From an uncultured Solibacteraceae bacterium (lineage in GTDB: Bacteria > Acidobacteriota > Terriglobia > Bryobacterales > Bryobacteraceae), in assembly GCA_964464925.1 (NCBI GenBank), contig CAYXLI010000028.1:3881-67880 (forward strand): a stretch of DNA of 64,000 nucleotides, in the 5' to 3' direction. The notes below the pieces were generated by a model. The model saw only the letters and a program-made list of their open reading frames with translations, was not told where the DNA came from and ran no database searches. This document shows positions 1-9,688 of the stretch, piece by piece (position 1 is the stretch's first letter; each line of letters starts with the position of its first letter). A program made the translations under genes and the position numbers.

Positions 1-560
1 GCGTCGGTGTCCAGTTTGCCGCTATAACGTTTTTGCAGAAGCTGCGAGTAGCTCGCGATCGTGCGCAGCGGCTCCTGTAAATCATGGGAGGCCGCGTGTG
101 CGAAGCGCGCCAAGTCTTCATTGGACCGGCGCAACTCGGCATTTGCTTCTTTCAGCGCCTGGTCGGTGCGTGCCAGCCGCAGCAATGCGCGGACCGTGCC
201 CAACAGAACCCCAGGATCGACCGGCTCAATGAGGTAAGCGTCTGCTCCGCGGTCCAGCGCGGTTACCCAATCCGTCGCGGAGATCGAAGTCGCCGAAACC
301 TGCAGGACGAGGGTAGAAGAAAGTGTAGCGTCCTCCTTGATGCGCCTGCACACCTCCAGTCCGCTCATATCCGGCAAATGCACATCCAGAATCACCAGCG
401 GGGGACGTCTCTGCCGCACAAAGGTCAGCGCACCCTCTCCGCTCGCCGCCTCGTGGACAATGTAACCCGCCGATGAGAGCAGCCGTGACCGGGCATATCT
501 TCCCGGCTCGAAGTCATCCACGTTGAGTACGGTGGAGAGAACAGGTTCGTGACTTTGCAT
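1..560 (-). CDS. Receiver domain + HisKA histidine kinase, N-terminal part (gene runs off the left edge)
   Basis: Own translation of the minus strand from the ATG at 560-558: [77 protein letters not shown]... This is a receiver domain. It is followed by ...[28 protein letters not shown], a HisKA H-box. The start overlaps the upstream stop (TGATG). It is absent from the ORF track because there is no stop in the window. Confidence 0.8.
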   Translation of the reverse strand, partial: MQSHEPVLSTVLNVDDFEPGRYARSRLLSSAGYIVHEAASGEGALTFVRQRRPPLVILDVHLPDMSGLEVCRRIKEDATLSSTLVLQVSATSISATDWVTALDRGADAYLIEPVDPGVLLGTVRALLRLARTDQALKEANAELRRSNEDLARFAHAASHDLQEPLRTIASYSQLLQKRYSGKLDTD

Positions 561-2320
561 CAGTTTGTCCGCATTTTCGATTGTACGGCTCGTCTCGCCT
601 CTTCGAGGGCGCCGAGAAAGCTTGCTTCGTCCAATTGGCGTTTGGAGAGCACAGCGCAATGCGCTTTCGCGAGATGTTCCCGATCCGCGGGCGTCAAGTG
701 TCGCGACGTGTAAATGATGATCGGAGTCTCACTCGTCTCCGGAACCTGCCGCAGCACCTCTAGAACCTCAAATCCGCTCATATCCGGCATACTCAAGTCA
801 AGTAGAATCGCGTCCGGCCGCTCGAAGCGCGCCCGGTCGATCCCAACTGATCCTCCATCCGCCTCCAGGATTTCCACGTCTTTCTTTCGCAGCATCTGCC
901 TCACAAGGTAGCGTGCAACGTCGTCATCGTCCACCACCAACAGTGTCCCAAGTTCCTTGGCCTGCGGAGCCGTCCTCCGCACCAGCACCCGGCTCGGCAA
1001 GTAGAAGGTGAAGACAGAACCGCGCCCCTCCTCACTTTCCACCAGGAGCTTACCTCCAAGCAACTCGGCCAGTTTCCTCGAAAGCGGCAATCCCAAGCCG
1101 GTGCCCTTCACGTTCTTTTGCAGGGAGTGCTCCACCTGCGCGAACTCCTGAAAAATCAGCTGCTGGTCTTGCAGGCGAATGCCGATGCCGGTATCGGAGA
1201 CACTAAATACAATCCAGTCCGCCTCCTCACGCAAGCTCACCCGGACTTCCCCACGTTCTGTGAACTTCAGCGCATTCGAGACCAGGTTGCGGAGAATCTG
1301 CGCAACCTTGGCCTCGTCCGTGAACAGCAGATATTCACTGCCTGGTTCCTCGAAGATCAGGTCCACAGCCTCACTCGTACGAAGCGGCCGCATCATGCCG
1401 CGCAAGGCGCCGAATAGGCTTTCGAGCGTGAACTCAACCTCGGTGATCGCAATCTTACCCGCCTCCACTTTCGCAAGGTCCAGCAGATCATCGACCATTA
1501 CGCGCAGTTCTTCCGCTGCCTTACGGATGAAATCGATCTGCTTCTCCTGTTCGGGATTGAGATCGCCGTCGCATCGACCCTTCAGCAGACCGGTCAAAGC
1601 CAAAATCGAGTTCAGCGGCGTCCGGAATTCATGGCTCACGTGTGAGAGAAACTTCGACTTGATCTCGTCGGCCCTTCGCAGCGACATCGCACGCTCGTCC
1701 AACTCTGCATAGAGCGCCATGACTCCGCGGTTCGTGTCTTCCAATTCCTGGTTCTGCCTGCGCAGATCTTCCTCGCGCTGGCGCAGCCGGTCAAGCGTGT
1801 CGAGCAATTCCCTGCTCTGCCGCAGAAATTCGTCGTTGGGGTCGGCCGGCTGCCTGGGAAGCAGTTCGCGCCCTTTACGCACTCCCTCAGCGGAACACAG
1901 GCTGCTGCCAAGCGGCAGATACTTCCACATGCGAACAGTCGTGCCCCGGCCCGGTTCCGACTGTAGTTCGAATTCGTCGGACAGCCGTCGCGCTCCGACA
2001 ATCCCGAGTCCCATGCCGGAGGGTGACCGATAGGTCCCGTCGAGAATCTGGTCGGGGGCGCGAATGCCTTCGCCCCGGTCCGAAACGGTAATCCGTAATT
2101 TGCATTGGCTGCCTTGCTCGATGTCGAAGTCGATGCGCCCGTCGCGGGCGTACTGATAGGCGTTGCGCGCAATCTCGGAGAGAGCGGTCGCCACCCGGAT
2201 CTGAGCCTGATGGTCGAAACCGGCCATTTCCGCGATCTTTCGTGCGCTCTGCCGCGCTGTCACGATGTCTTGTTCACTGGCAATCGGCAGTTCTAATAGG
2301 CGATCGGTGCGCGCTTCCAT
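560..2320 (-). CDS. Hybrid sensor histidine kinase: N-terminal RsbT/RsbW-like GHKL domain, coiled coil, HisKA, HATPase, C-terminal receiver
   Basis: Track ORF 560..2356. The N-terminus [20 protein letters not shown]...[13 protein letters not shown]...DRGEGI...[12 protein letters not shown] is anti-sigma-kinase-like. The H-box is [16 protein letters not shown], the G-boxes are DTGIGI and [12 protein letters not shown], and the receiver is LLVVDDDD...[13 protein letters not shown] prefer the start at M13 (2320), which lies 1 nt after the upstream stop. Confidence 0.85.
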   Translation of the reverse strand: MEARTDRLLELPIASEQDIVTARQSARKIAEMAGFDHQAQIRVATALSEIARNAYQYARDGRIDFDIEQGSQCKLRITVSDRGEGIRAPDQILDGTYRSPSGMGLGIVGARRLSDEFELQSEPGRGTTVRMWKYLPLGSSLCSAEGVRKGRELLPRQPADPNDEFLRQSRELLDTLDRLRQREEDLRRQNQELEDTNRGVMALYAELDERAMSLRRADEIKSKFLSHVSHEFRTPLNSILALTGLLKGRCDGDLNPEQEKQIDFIRKAAEELRVMVDDLLDLAKVEAGKIAITEVEFTLESLFGALRGMMRPLRTSEAVDLIFEEPGSEYLLFTDEAKVAQILRNLVSNALKFTERGEVRVSLREEADWIVFSVSDTGIGIRLQDQQLIFQEFAQVEHSLQKNVKGTGLGLPLSRKLAELLGGKLLVESEEGRGSVFTFYLPSRVLVRRTAPQAKELGTLLVVDDDDVARYLVRQMLRKKDVEILEADGGSVGIDRARFERPDAILLDLSMPDMSGFEVLEVLRQVPETSETPIIIYTSRHLTPADREHLAKAHCAVLSKRQLDEASFLGALEEARRAVQSKMRTN

Positions 2321-2321
2321 A

Positions 2322-3320
2322 TCACCGCTCTCGCAAAGCCACAATCGTGGCGTCATCCTTACCCCTTACCGCATCCCGGAACAGCACGCCCGCCAATGTC
2401 GCCGGGTGATGGCTTTCCAACAGCGGGTAGGAACGGATATCCCAGCGCGCCGTAAGCCCGTCACTGTGCATGACCAGAATGGCGTCCTTCGGCCAGCGAT
2501 ACTGAAACTCCTGCATTCGTCTTGCCTGATGTCCGGCCGTTCCATTATGCGAAACCAGGTGCTGGGTACCGGAGCCGGAAATCAGCGCTCCACTTATGTT
2601 TCCCAGCCCTGCGTAGTGCAGCGCGCGCTCATTCAGATCGATACAGGCGATGGCCACCGCCGCCCCGCGTGTCGGCCGTAACGCCAGGTGCGCACGTTCC
2701 AACAGCGCTGCGGCCTCCTCTTCCGGGTGCTCCCTCACCGCACGGCAAGCCGCTGCGGACGCTGTCGCAGCCGCAGGCCCGTGTCCCAGCCCGTCTGCCA
2801 TCACTACCACAGGCCCCCGGGAACTGCTCATGACTTCGACGGCGTCGCCGCAAACTGTTTCGCCGCGCGCCGGCGCTTTCACGATTCCCGAAGAGATCCC
2901 GGAAGGTGTGCCAATCTTCTGCTGAGGGACCCGGCCCACTAATACGGTTCCAGAGCCTATCCGCGAATAAATATCGAATTCCGCCGACAAACGTCGGATT
3001 GCTCCGAGCCCTGTCCCTGCGGTGCCGGACGTCGAAAAACCGTCGCGCAGGCAGGCGTCCACGTCGTGCATCCCCGGGCCCTTGTCAATGGCGAGCACCT
3101 CAAGTTCCGGCACCCCGCCGTCGGAGACGATGCGGCATTGCAGAAGCCCTCCCTCTCCATGTTTCAAAATGTTGGTCGCGGCCTCCGTCACGACGATTCC
3201 CGCGTTGTTGGAGGACTCTTCTGAGAAACCCTCTTTATCCGCGAGTTCCATTGCGTGACGCCGGGCCTGCGCTATGGACGTCGGATCCGAAACCTCCACC
3301 AGAATGGTGTCACAGCTCAT
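2322..3320 (-). CDS. GHKL (RsbT-like) domain fused to a PP2C/SpoIIE-type serine phosphatase (RsbX/RsbU-like role)
   Basis: 332 aa. The N-terminus IVVTEAATNILKHG...DKGPGM...GTGLGAIRRL is a GHKL domain. The C-terminus CGDAV...VVVMADGLGHGPAAA...IDL...GLGNI...HNGTAG...LVMHSDGL matches PP2C/SpoIIE metal-binding motifs. Confidence 0.85.
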   Translation of the reverse strand: MSCDTILVEVSDPTSIAQARRHAMELADKEGFSEESSNNAGIVVTEAATNILKHGEGGLLQCRIVSDGGVPELEVLAIDKGPGMHDVDACLRDGFSTSGTAGTGLGAIRRLSAEFDIYSRIGSGTVLVGRVPQQKIGTPSGISSGIVKAPARGETVCGDAVEVMSSSRGPVVVMADGLGHGPAAATASAAACRAVREHPEEEAAALLERAHLALRPTRGAAVAIACIDLNERALHYAGLGNISGALISGSGTQHLVSHNGTAGHQARRMQEFQYRWPKDAILVMHSDGLTARWDIRSYPLLESHHPATLAGVLFRDAVRGKDDATIVALRER

Positions 3321-3321
3321 C

Positions 3322-3729
3322 TCAACCTTTCCAGCGGGTGATAGTCACTCGCGTGCCTTTGCCGACTTCCGAGCGAATATCGAAGTCGTTGACCAGTCGC
3401 TTTGCTCCCCCGAGTCCCAGCCCTAAGCCGTTCCCGGTCGTGTAGCCGTCCTGCAAAGCGCGTTGCACGTCAGCGATGCCAGGGCCTTGGTCCTCAAACG
3501 TCAGCCGCAAGCCGCGCGAACCGGAATTTTCCAGCAATTCCAGTGCCATCGTTCCACCGCCGCCATAGATGACCGTATTGCGTGCCAACTCACTTGCGGC
3601 AGTGATCAGCTTCGTCTGATCCACGAGATTGAAACCGGCTTCCAGCGCCCATTTTCTGGTCAACTGGCGCGCAATGACAATGTCTTCCTGGTTTCGAAGC
3701 GGTAAACTACTCTGCTTCTGCGTCGTCAA
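3322..3729 (-). CDS. rsbT: RsbT-type serine kinase (stressosome switch kinase)
   Basis: Track ORF 3322..3756. It reads QEDIVIARQLTRKWALEAGF...ASELARNTVIYGGGG...DQGPGI...GLGLGLGGAKRL. I prefer the in-frame TTG at 3729, which is preceded by GGAGGA 6 nt upstream. That gives 135 aa, the typical RsbT size, and overlaps the rsbS 3' end by 23 nt. Confidence 0.85.
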   Translation of the reverse strand: MTTQKQSSLPLRNQEDIVIARQLTRKWALEAGFNLVDQTKLITAASELARNTVIYGGGGTMALELLENSGSRGLRLTFEDQGPGIADVQRALQDGYTTGNGLGLGLGGAKRLVNDFDIRSEVGKGTRVTITRWKG

Positions 3730-4099
3730 TAACTTCCTCCGCAGCGAGGACATCACGCCGCAGCAACTCCATTCCGTTATCTACGTTCAGAGCGGTTCGC
3801 ACTCCCTTTAACGAAAGCCCGAGTTCCACAAGTGTAATGGCGACCGACGGCTGCATGCCTACGACTACCGTTTCAGCATCCAGAATCCGGGCCATACCGG
3901 CAATGTTTGCCAGCATGCGGCCAATAAAGGAGTCCACCATGTCCAAGGCCGAAATATCGACGAGCACACCCTTAGCGCTCGTCTGCACAATTTTTGCGGT
4001 GAGGTCATCCTGGAGGGTCATTGCTAGCTGGTCGTGCATATCAACTTGAATGCTGACCAGAAGAAAATCCCCGAGCCGGATGATTGGAATACGATCCAT
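3707..4099 (-). CDS. rsbS: RsbS-type single STAS-domain protein (stressosome core)
   Basis: 130 aa. It reads IPIIRLGDFLLVSIQVDMHD...GVLVDISALDMVDSFIGRML...VVVGMQPSVAITL, a STAS fold with the phosphorylatable Ser in the DSF context. Confidence 0.85.
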   Translation of the reverse strand: MDRIPIIRLGDFLLVSIQVDMHDQLAMTLQDDLTAKIVQTSAKGVLVDISALDMVDSFIGRMLANIAGMARILDAETVVVGMQPSVAITLVELGLSLKGVRTALNVDNGMELLRRDVLAAEEVIDDAEAE

Positions 4100-4111
4100 C
4101 CGACGTCTCCC

Positions 4112-4960
4112 TTAAGCCTTGGCCGTCTTCGTTGCGGCGATCCGCTTCAACGCGAGTTGAAATGCTTCAGCCAGTGTAGCTTTGGTTGTAACGTCGGAAA
4201 GCTCTACACCCAAGTGAATGATCGTCTGCGCAATTTGGGGCCGGATGCCGCTAATGATGCAGTCAGCACCCATGAGCCTTGCGGCTGCAACGGTCTTGAG
4301 TAGATGCTGCGCAACCAGAGTGTCGACGGTCGGCACTCCTGTAATGTCCAGAATCGCCACCGAGGCCGCGAACTGCACAATCGCTTCGAGCAGGTTCTGC
4401 ATCACGATCTGCGTGCGCGCGCTATCCAGTGTTCCGATCAACGGAAGGGCAACGATACCTTCCCACAGCCGCACAACGGGCGTCGACAACTCGAGCATGT
4501 CCTGCTGCTGGCGCTCGATCAGCTTTTCCCGGCTGCGCTGGTACACCTCGGTCGTGTAGAGACCGAATTTGTCGATCAGGATTGTCACGCGCCACATCTC
4601 GTCTGCCAGTTCTTGCGCCGAACCGCGTGCAAACTCGATCCTGAGCCGGTTGAAGATCGGCTCTTTGAGCGAGAACACAAACGTCGCCACTTCGCTCGGG
4701 GTGAACCCTTCCTCGACCCGCTTGGCGGCAAACTCATCCAGAAACTCACGTACACGTTGCCCGGCGGCTGACTTGAGATCGACCTGATCGTCCAGCAGCA
4801 AGGCCTCACGCAGCAAGCCGAGAAAAGTGCGCCCCTGTTCGGAAAACCGGTCAGTCGCCGAGCGCTTGCTGGTGTTCTTTCCCGCCAGTAACGAGACCCA
4901 ATCGGCCCAGATCTCGGCATGATACTTATTTACGATTTCGGCGATTCTGCTGTTAGCCAT
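4112..4960 (-). CDS. rsbR: RsbR-type stressosome sensor: N-terminal non-haem globin-like domain + C-terminal STAS
   Basis: 282 aa. The C-terminus LSTPVVRLWEGIVALPLIGTLDSARTQ...AILDITGVPTVDT...IISGIRPQIAQT matches the RsbR STAS domain. The N-terminal 150 aa are helical and sensor-like. Confidence 0.85.
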   Translation of the reverse strand: MANSRIAEIVNKYHAEIWADWVSLLAGKNTSKRSATDRFSEQGRTFLGLLREALLLDDQVDLKSAAGQRVREFLDEFAAKRVEEGFTPSEVATFVFSLKEPIFNRLRIEFARGSAQELADEMWRVTILIDKFGLYTTEVYQRSREKLIERQQQDMLELSTPVVRLWEGIVALPLIGTLDSARTQIVMQNLLEAIVQFAASVAILDITGVPTVDTLVAQHLLKTVAAARLMGADCIISGIRPQIAQTIIHLGVELSDVTTKATLAEAFQLALKRIAATKTAKA

Positions 4961-5120
4961 GGCCCTCTCTTGAAAAAATCAGTTCGAAATTCAATTGACA
5001 TCTCAGTTGAGACGCTGCCCGGCCCCTGAACACCAAGGATCGGGTGAGTACCGCACCAAGAATAGCATCACACATCTTCCGCAAAGTGACCAGTCCAACC
5101 CGCCTCTGATCGATTGTGGT

Positions 5121-7190
5121 TCACTGACGCAGGTCGATACGCGACGGCTTGCTGCAGACCCTTACACCGTCCACCGTGGAGCACACGACAATCTCGCTGG
5201 TCATGGCCGGCAGATCCGAGGGCACGCGCACGTTGACCTGTTGCAATCCCGGAATTCCTGGAGCGGGCCCGGCATAAAGAGGCGTGAGGCGATCCCTGTC
5301 ATGGATCTTGACATCGGCCGGTGCATCGCCCAGCCCAGTCACGAAGACCTGAATGATAGTTCCCGCGAGCGCAGGAGCAGTGGCCGCGTTGATCGAGTTG
5401 TCTTCATTCAAAATGCCCGGTTGAAAGATGCCGGGAGCCGCCTTCGCAAGCTGAACGGTCTGCGGTTTGGAAGACTGTCCGTTCACGGAAACGACGATTT
5501 GAGCGGACGTGCGGCCGGCCAGTTCCGCGGGCACGAGGAAATTGATCTGCTTCGGATCTGCGTAAACCACTTTCGCAGCGATGCCATCAAGCGTTAGCTG
5601 CAGATTCGACCCTTGCAGGTCCGAGCCCTGCACCGTGGCGAAGGAATCGCTGACGAGAGGCACCGCCTGAAAGCTGGCCCCGTTCACCACCGCGAGCACC
5701 AAGGGCGCAGGACCGGCATTGACCGGCCCGGGTTTCACTTCGAGATGTACCGGTATGTCTACCGCACCGGCTTGCGGGCCGGCGTCCACATGAATGGCAG
5801 CATCATAGACACCTGGCGATAGAGCCTGAGGGAGCACATCGATACGGATGCGGGCTTCGCCGATGCCAGAAGCCGGATCGATCCGGAGCCAGTCTTTCCC
5901 GTTCTTGTAGTTGGCCGTGGTGGTCCAGAACAGCACGCCGCCCCCATTGTTCAGAATGCGCGCATAGCGAATCTGGAAACCGGCACCTGCAGTCGCGACA
6001 AGGCTGGTGGGCTCGGGATCAACGAAGAGCCGCGGCAGGTAGTCCGCGTTGCAATCACCGAGCAGAGAGCAATCCGGCTGGGCAGCAACCCCGGTGAAGC
6101 GCGGCACGGCGTTGCTCGCCGCCAGCGGCCCTAGCGCGAGGGTCTCCTGCGTGACTGCGGTAAACGCCGTACCCGATGCGGGCAGGCCGAGGAAAGCAGG
6201 GATCTGCGCGCTCTCGCGTACGGATGGATTGGCATCGACGACTTCATAAACTGCTACGGCGGAGCCATTGCTCATGTCCACCTCACTGGCAGCGTCAAAT
6301 ACGACGGGCGCCAATGTTCCGCCCGCTCCGTTTCCATCCGCACCTTTCACGCGCACCAGCAAGAGTGTTCCACTGCCCGGCTGATACTGCCCGGGAGAGG
6401 CTGCGAGCCCAAAGTCACCCGTGGAGGTGGGGCGCAGTGCATTCGAACCGGCGATGGCATCCGGAACGAAAAGGCGAGCGCCGCTGGGAAATCCGCTGAA
6501 GCGCGCCAGAATACGCGTGCCGTTGTCTTCAAATGCCTCACGCGGGCGGAAGCCGGAGGGCTGGTCCTCGGTGACGCGAGCGGTCGCAAACCGGCTGCCG
6601 GTGCCAAGAAGGTTGGAAAACGTAATCGCCGCTGGAAGTGGCGACCCGGCCTGCGAACAAACCAGCGGCGACAGCACAGTACCCGCGAGGGCCCTCTGCG
6701 CAATGCCAACGGTAACGATCGTCTGCTGGAGGTTGAAGGAAGGACCCGAGGCGGAGAGCCGCACCTGAATGGGCTGCGGTTGAGCTGTGCCCCTCAAGTT
6801 TGAAATACGGTACTGGATACGACCGTTCGCGGGCGGTGTCGCCGTGATGCCATTGAACGCGACCTGTCCCGTTCCGGCAAGTTGAGCCGAAACGCCGGCG
6901 GACACAGGTCCGGTGCCAGGGTCGATAGTCAGCATGACGTCTAGCGTTCCGGTACTGCTGACGTGGTTGGTGATGGCAGTGTTGAGGAACAGGTTGATAT
7001 TGCCGGTATTCTGCTCACCCGGGGTGCCGGAGCAGTCCAGAACAACGTCGCCGAGCCGCTCGGCGATGCCTTCGCTGCGGATTATCGCAGGGGTCGCCGT
7101 GACGGCACAAGTGACCGCTGCATGCGCTTGAGGGACCATGATCAAGGCCAGCAACGCCCATACCTGGAGCCGATTAATAGTTAGGCACAT
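5121..7190 (-). CDS. Secreted protein with C-terminal Solibacter-type Ig-like domain (TIGR03437-like, from memory)
   Basis: 689 aa. The signal peptide is LQVWALLALIMVPQAHAA. The C-terminus reads ...AKVVYADPKQINFLVPAELAGRTSAQIVVSVNGQSS...APGIF...IIQVFVTGLG...YAGPAPGIPGLQQVNVRVP. Confidence 0.75.
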   Translation of the reverse strand: MCLTINRLQVWALLALIMVPQAHAAVTCAVTATPAIIRSEGIAERLGDVVLDCSGTPGEQNTGNINLFLNTAITNHVSSTGTLDVMLTIDPGTGPVSAGVSAQLAGTGQVAFNGITATPPANGRIQYRISNLRGTAQPQPIQVRLSASGPSFNLQQTIVTVGIAQRALAGTVLSPLVCSQAGSPLPAAITFSNLLGTGSRFATARVTEDQPSGFRPREAFEDNGTRILARFSGFPSGARLFVPDAIAGSNALRPTSTGDFGLAASPGQYQPGSGTLLLVRVKGADGNGAGGTLAPVVFDAASEVDMSNGSAVAVYEVVDANPSVRESAQIPAFLGLPASGTAFTAVTQETLALGPLAASNAVPRFTGVAAQPDCSLLGDCNADYLPRLFVDPEPTSLVATAGAGFQIRYARILNNGGGVLFWTTTANYKNGKDWLRIDPASGIGEARIRIDVLPQALSPGVYDAAIHVDAGPQAGAVDIPVHLEVKPGPVNAGPAPLVLAVVNGASFQAVPLVSDSFATVQGSDLQGSNLQLTLDGIAAKVVYADPKQINFLVPAELAGRTSAQIVVSVNGQSSKPQTVQLAKAAPGIFQPGILNEDNSINAATAPALAGTIIQVFVTGLGDAPADVKIHDRDRLTPLYAGPAPGIPGLQQVNVRVPSDLPAMTSEIVVCSTVDGVRVCSKPSRIDLRQ

Positions 7191-7291
7191 AACAGCATCC
7201 GTAGCGTACCAGAAAGTAACGGGCTGTGGAAAACGCGAGCCGGAAGGTACATCCGGCGCATCTTAACTGGTAAAATAGGATCCGGAGAATT

Positions 7292-8221
7292 ATGTTTGCT
7301 GCCAGCACGATAGCCGACGAAATCATTGACCTGAAACGGGAGCGTAGGGCGATTTTGCTGGCTCATCATTACCAGGACACAGAGATCCAGGAGCTTGCCG
7401 ATGTCATCGGCGACAGCCTGGAGTTGTCGCGGCAGGCCCGCGACTTCGACGGGGACGTGATTGCGTTCTGTGGCGTTTGGTTTATGGCTGAAACGGCTAA
7501 GATCCTGAACCCCGATAAGGTGGTGGTGGTTCCGGACAAGGACGCGTCGTGCAGCCTTGTGGAATCGTGCTCGGCCGAGCAGATCCGCATGTTCAAGCAG
7601 CGGCACCCGGATCATGTGATCGTCAGCTACATTAATACCTCCGCCGCCGTAAAGGCGGAGAGCCACATTCTTTGCACCTCGCGGAATGCGGTCAACATTG
7701 TGAACTCCATACCGGCGGAGAAACCAGTCCTGTTCCTGCCCGATGTGAATCTCGGAAACTACGTCAAGAAGCAAACCGGCCGGGAGAACATGAAGATCTG
7801 GCAGGGAGCCTGTATCGTGCATGCGACCTTCCCGGCGCGCCGTCTGGCGGCGGTCCGCAATGAGCATCCGGAGGCGCTGGTGGTTGCGCATCCCGAGTGC
7901 CCGCAGGATGTGCTGCTCATGGCCGACTACATCGGCTCTACTTCGGCGCTTATCGACTTCTGCGTCCAGTCCGACGCCCGCGAATTCATTGTGATGACCG
8001 AGAGCGGCGTCCAGCATTCGCTTCACAAATACGCTCCCGAGAAGCAGTTCTACTTCGTAGCAAACGAGAACTGCAACTGTAGCGAGTGCCCTTATATGAA
8101 ACGCAACACGCTCGAGAAACTGCGCGATTGCCTGCAGAACCTCGAGCCTCGCGTGGAACTTCCCCAAAACATTCTGGACCGTGCGCGTTTGCCCATCGAG
8201 CGCATGCTGGCGGTAAAGTAG
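7292..8221 (+). CDS. nadA: Quinolinate synthase
   Basis: 309 aa. It reads ILLAHHYQ...FCGVWFMAETAKIL...VSYINTSA...VVAHPECP...CSECPYMK, the canonical NadA motifs. Confidence 0.95.
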   Translation: MFAASTIADEIIDLKRERRAILLAHHYQDTEIQELADVIGDSLELSRQARDFDGDVIAFCGVWFMAETAKILNPDKVVVVPDKDASCSLVESCSAEQIRMFKQRHPDHVIVSYINTSAAVKAESHILCTSRNAVNIVNSIPAEKPVLFLPDVNLGNYVKKQTGRENMKIWQGACIVHATFPARRLAAVRNEHPEALVVAHPECPQDVLLMADYIGSTSALIDFCVQSDAREFIVMTESGVQHSLHKYAPEKQFYFVANENCNCSECPYMKRNTLEKLRDCLQNLEPRVELPQNILDRARLPIERMLAVK

Positions 8222-8227
8222 CTTCTG

Positions 8228-9217
8228 ATGTCTCTGGTCGACACGTTCGGGCGGCTGCACGACAACCTGCGCATTAGCGTTACCGACCGGTGCAATATCC
8301 GGTGCTACTACTGCATGCCAGACGAGGCGGTTCAGTTCGGACCACGTGAAGAGATACTCAGCTTCGAGGAGATCGAACGCGTGGCGCGGATAGCCGCGGG
8401 GCTGGGCGTGCGCAAACTGCGTCTGACCGGCGGAGAGCCGCTGCTGCGGAAGAATCTTCCGGAACTGGTGATGCGTTTGAACTCTGTGCCGGGCATCGAA
8501 GAAATCGCGCTCACTACTAACGCCGTGCTGCTGGCGCAGCAGGCTGAGGCGCTCTATGCGGCAGGACTTCGCCGGCTGAATATCCACCTCGACACACTCG
8601 ATCGCGAGCGGTTTCACCAGATTGTGCGCCGCGATGAACTGGACAGGGTGATGGCGGGAATCGACGCGGCCCTCCGCCTGGGATACAAGACGATCAAGAT
8701 CAACGCGGTCGCACTGAAAGGCATAACCGACGCGGATGTGGTGCCCCTGGCAAAGTTCGGACGCGAGCACGGCATTGAAATTCGATATATCGAGTTCATG
8801 CCGCTGGATGCGCAGAACCTGTGGGACCGGTCGAAGGTGCTGCTGGCTGACGAAATTCTGGAAACTCTGTCGCGCGAGATTTGCCCGCTGGTTCCGGTTC
8901 CAGACGCGGACCCGCGCGCACCCGCCACTGAATATCGCTATGCCGATGGACGGGGCGGGATCGGCATTGTTGCCTCGGTAAGCAAGCCGTTTTGCCTGAA
9001 CTGCAACCGGATTCGATTGACGGCCGACGGCAAACTCCGCTACTGCCTTTTTGCCATCGAAGAGACCGACGTGAAAGACCTGCTCCGCAGCGGGGGCAGC
9101 GACGAAGAGATCGCATCGCGACTGATCGGAAATGTACGGGCGAAGTGGATCGGGCATCAGATCAACTCGACCAAGTTCGTGCCGCCGCCGAGGCCGATGT
9201 ACGCCATCGGCGGCTGA
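8228..9217 (+). CDS. moaA: GTP 3',8-cyclase (molybdenum cofactor biosynthesis, radical SAM)
   Basis: 329 aa. It reads LRISVTDRCNIRCYYCMP (CxxxCxxC), ...LRLTGGEPLLR..., and has the C-terminal cluster motif CLNCNRIRLTADGKLRYCLF. Confidence 0.95.
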   Translation: MSLVDTFGRLHDNLRISVTDRCNIRCYYCMPDEAVQFGPREEILSFEEIERVARIAAGLGVRKLRLTGGEPLLRKNLPELVMRLNSVPGIEEIALTTNAVLLAQQAEALYAAGLRRLNIHLDTLDRERFHQIVRRDELDRVMAGIDAALRLGYKTIKINAVALKGITDADVVPLAKFGREHGIEIRYIEFMPLDAQNLWDRSKVLLADEILETLSREICPLVPVPDADPRAPATEYRYADGRGGIGIVASVSKPFCLNCNRIRLTADGKLRYCLFAIEETDVKDLLRSGGSDEEIASRLIGNVRAKWIGHQINSTKFVPPPRPMYAIGG

Positions 9218-9260
9218 TCGCCGTCCGCCGACTTTCCCGGTTCGGTGCATCCAACCGGCC

Positions 9261-9688
9261 ATGGTGAAAGAGCTTCGTTCCGTTGAACGCGTCGTGCCCG
9301 CGATGCGCGTCACCGAGGGGGGAGGGTTCAAGGTCCGCCGCGCATTTTCAACTCCCAACGTCGACCGCATCGATCCATTTCTCCTTTTCGACCACTTCGG
9401 GCCGATCGATTTTGCGCCCGGACAGGCGTCCGGATGCCCGGTCATCCGCATCACGACTCGCGAGGACACGCCGGCAGAATGGGGGCGGGCGATGTGCAGT
9501 GGATGACGACTGGTTCCGGCAGCGTGCCCGCGGAAGGAGATTCCGTCAAGACAATTTCCCGCAGCCGAGCAGAGCGGTGTGCGCGTGACGGTCATGCACG
9601 CGACAGCGACATGTTGGTTTTCGCGAACAGCGGGTCAGCGCCGCTCATTCCGGTTGCCGGGTCCTTCGTGGGTCACATTCTGTCGTAG
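9261..9688 (+). pseudogene. Pirin-family remnant (frameshifted, internally deleted, 3'-truncated)
   Basis: The frame starting at ATG 9261 gives MVKELRSVERVVPAMRVTEGGGFKVRRAF...DPFLLFDHFGPIDFAPGQASG, a pirin N-terminus, and then drifts out of frame. The next frame (track ORF 9434..9688) carries PGHPHH and GDVQWMTTGSGSVPAE. About 16 aa normally found between HPH and DS.G are missing, and the C-terminal cupin is absent. Confidence 0.6.

Noticed and set aside
84-476. 130-aa plus-strand ORF at the left edge
   Set aside because: It is antisense to the receiver/HisKA coding sequence that I translated from the minus strand.
7181-9595. 804-aa ORF on the minus strand
   Set aside because: It is antisense to the unmistakable nadA and moaA genes and to the pirin remnant. 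Its sequence is Arg/His/Leu-rich with no motifs. This is a typical long shadow ORF in GC-rich DNA.
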